Assembly (NCBI RefSeq): GCF_000008565.1
Contig: NC_001263.1
Span: 1,197,567-1,217,600 of the forward strand
Direction of reading: 5' to 3'
Origin: Deinococcus radiodurans R1 = ATCC 13939 = DSM 20539
GTDB taxonomy: Bacteria > Deinococcota > Deinococci > Deinococcales > Deinococcaceae
DNA length: 20,034 bases
Each line of letters opens with the position of its first letter. Positions within the stretch are counted from its first letter, which is position 1. The notes beneath the pieces are model-generated. The model was not told where the DNA came from. It ran no database searches and saw only the letters and a list, made by a program, of their open reading frames with translations. Position numbers and translations under genes: made by a program. Shown here piece after piece: positions 18,711 through 20,034 of the stretch.

Positions 18711-20034
18711 GGAGTGTCGGCTGAGCGGCGGCGCACTTCTCCGAACACTTCCCGCAGCAGCCGCGCCGCCTCGCCGGCCCGCACACCACCTTGCACCGTA
18801 GGCCGCCAGCCCCAGTGGTCGGCAAGCAGGTCGCTGACGCCGCCGAGCGCCCCAGCCTTCGGGTTGGCCGCGCCGTAGACGATGTGCCCGATTCGTGCTT
18901 CGAGCGCCGCGCCGAGGCACATCGGGCAAGGTTCCAGCGTGACCACCAACGTGCAGTCACTCAGGTACGGCGTGCCGAGGCCAGCCGCCGCTTCCCGCAG
19001 CGCCGCGAGTTCAGCGTGGCAGGTCATATCGCCGTCCTCGCGTGAGGTGTTGCGGCCTCGCCCAACTATTTCGCCGTCGGCATTCAGCACCACCGCGCCC
19101 ACCGGGACTTCCTGCCGCTCGGCGGCTTGCTGGGCCAGGGCCAGGGCCTCGCCCATCGCCGCGTGCAGCGGGTCGGCAGGCAGACCGAGAGATTCGCGGG
19201 CGCCCACCGCCCACAGCGGAGGTTGCACTCCCACCCACTGCACCGCGCCGTGCTCGTCGGTGAGCAGGGGCACACGATCCCGCTCAGCGCGGGGAAGATG
19301 CGCGTCGGTCAGCACGTCGCTGAGCTTGCGCGTGCCGCCCGCGAGCCGGATGCGGTCGCCGGCCTGCCGGGTGCGCCGGGTCCAGTCGGGGGGCAGGGGA
19401 AAATCGGGTTCCGGCCAGTCGCACGGCGCCGTGTATAGGTGCCCCCCCGTGACCGTCACATCCCGACCAGTGGGCAGGGTTAGGTGCCGCGTCTGCCCTG
19501 CGTTGAGCGCTCCGGCAAGGTCGCGCAGTTGCTCAGCGGTGAAGTCCAGCCCGCCTGAGCGCAACTCGGCGGCCAGCCAGCGCCGCAGCACGGCGGGCGG
19601 TTGCCGGTCCAGCGGCGTGTGCGGCGTCAGCCGGGCGGCAAGCGCCTGCAAGGCTGCGTCGTCCTCTGCACCCAATTCCGCCACCTGGGCCAGCGCTGTT
19701 TCAGCGGCGGGAAAGCGGGTGAGCAGCACCGGCATCACCTCACGGCGCAGCCAGGCGCGGGTAAAGCGCGGGTCGGCGTTGCTGGCGTCCTCGCGCCAGT
19801 CCTGACCGAGGCCGCGCAGGTAGGTTTCGATTTCAGCCCGCCCCACGTTCAGCCAGGGCCGTCGCACCCGTCCCCGCTGCGGCGGGATGCCGCGTATGCG
19901 CCCCTCGCCGCGCAGCAGTTCCATTAAAACCGTTTCGGCTTGGTCGCGCCGGGTGTGGGCGGTCAGGATGACCTCGGCGCCGGAGTGTTTCGCCGCCCGA
20001 CTCAGCACGTCGTAGCGTAGCCGCCGTGCCGCGT
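18629..20034 (-). CDS. tilS: Fusion protein of tRNA(Ile)-lysidine synthase (TilS, N-terminal part) and tRNA-specific adenosine deaminase (TadA, C-terminal part). The 5' end lies beyond the window.
   Basis: The frame stays open to the window edge (…AARRLRYDVLSRAAK…). TilS motifs: AHTRRDQAETVLMELLRG and the C-terminal GDRIRLAGGTRKLSDVL. Deaminase motifs: CHAELAAL and TLEPCPMC. Confidence 0.9.
   Translation of the reverse strand, partial: AARRLRYDVLSRAAKHSGAEVILTAHTRRDQAETVLMELLRGEGRIRGIPPQRGRVRRPWLNVGRAEIETYLRGLGQDWREDASNADPRFTRAWLRREVMPVLLTRFPAAETALAQVAELGAEDDAALQALAARLTPHTPLDRQPPAVLRRWLAAELRSGGLDFTAEQLRDLAGALNAGQTRHLTLPTGRDVTVTGGHLYTAPCDWPEPDFPLPPDWTRRTRQAGDRIRLAGGTRKLSDVLTDAHLPRAERDRVPLLTDEHGAVQWVGVQPPLWAVGARESLGLPADPLHAAMGEALALAQQAAERQEVPVGAVVLNADGEIVGRGRNTSREDGDMTCHAELAALREAAAGLGTPYLSDCTLVVTLEPCPMCLGAALEARIGHIVYGAANPKAGALGGVSDLLADHWGWRPTVQGGVRAGEAARLLREVFGEVRRRSADTPQTPNAETPAPRSSRSTSASGKPTMLE

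Overview
High-GC bacterial chromosomal window (about two-thirds G+C by spot counts). Gene content, protein families and start-site architecture look like Deinococcus. I recognise the typA / PfpI-DJ-1 / deoC-maf / tilS-tadA-fusion neighbourhood as D. radiodurans-like, but that is recollection, not a search. I support 18 protein-coding genes: (1) a 5'-truncated acyl-CoA mutase catalytic subunit; (2) a TMEM175/DUF1211-like membrane protein; (3) a class-II tRNA nucleotidyltransferase with HD domain; (4) an App1/DUF2183 HAD-type phosphatase; (5) a lipoprotein; (6) a small GNAT-fold-like protein; (7) a membrane protein; (8) an IS4-family transposase; (9) TypA/BipA; (10) a PfpI/DJ-1 protein; (11) a secreted TPR-like protein; (12) a ~1009-aa P-loop STAND-type NTPase with a TPR-like C-terminus; (13) a secreted hypothetical; (14) a PIG-L/LmbE deacetylase; (15) a carboxymuconolactone-decarboxylase-family protein; (16) DeoC; (17) Maf; (18) a 5'-truncated TilS-TadA fusion. 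There is one complete 1207-bp IS element with perfect 20-bp inverted repeats and a 9-bp target duplication. I found no rRNA, tRNA or CRISPR array. I do not see a convincing multigene novel system: neighbours are mostly divergent or convergent single genes, many housekeeping. The observations most worth follow-up are listed here. (a) The IS sits exactly between the typA stop codon and its terminator. (b) The transposase frame has an ATG buried in a 36-nt perfect palindrome followed by an in-frame TGA. (c) The typA leader is structured: a terminator-like hairpin, six tandem heptads and an SD-sequestering stem. (d) An orphan consensus promoter plus terminator pair lies on the minus strand near 2.1 kb. 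(e) The orphan STAND NTPase. (f) A coding-looking 26-codon in-frame continuation follows a TAG stop. (g) The mutase carries an ICM-type Gln at the substrate-specificity position. (h) TAnnnT elements lie 6-7 nt upstream of nine start codons, implying leaderless mRNAs. The many long ORFs antisense to these genes are GC-driven artefacts.
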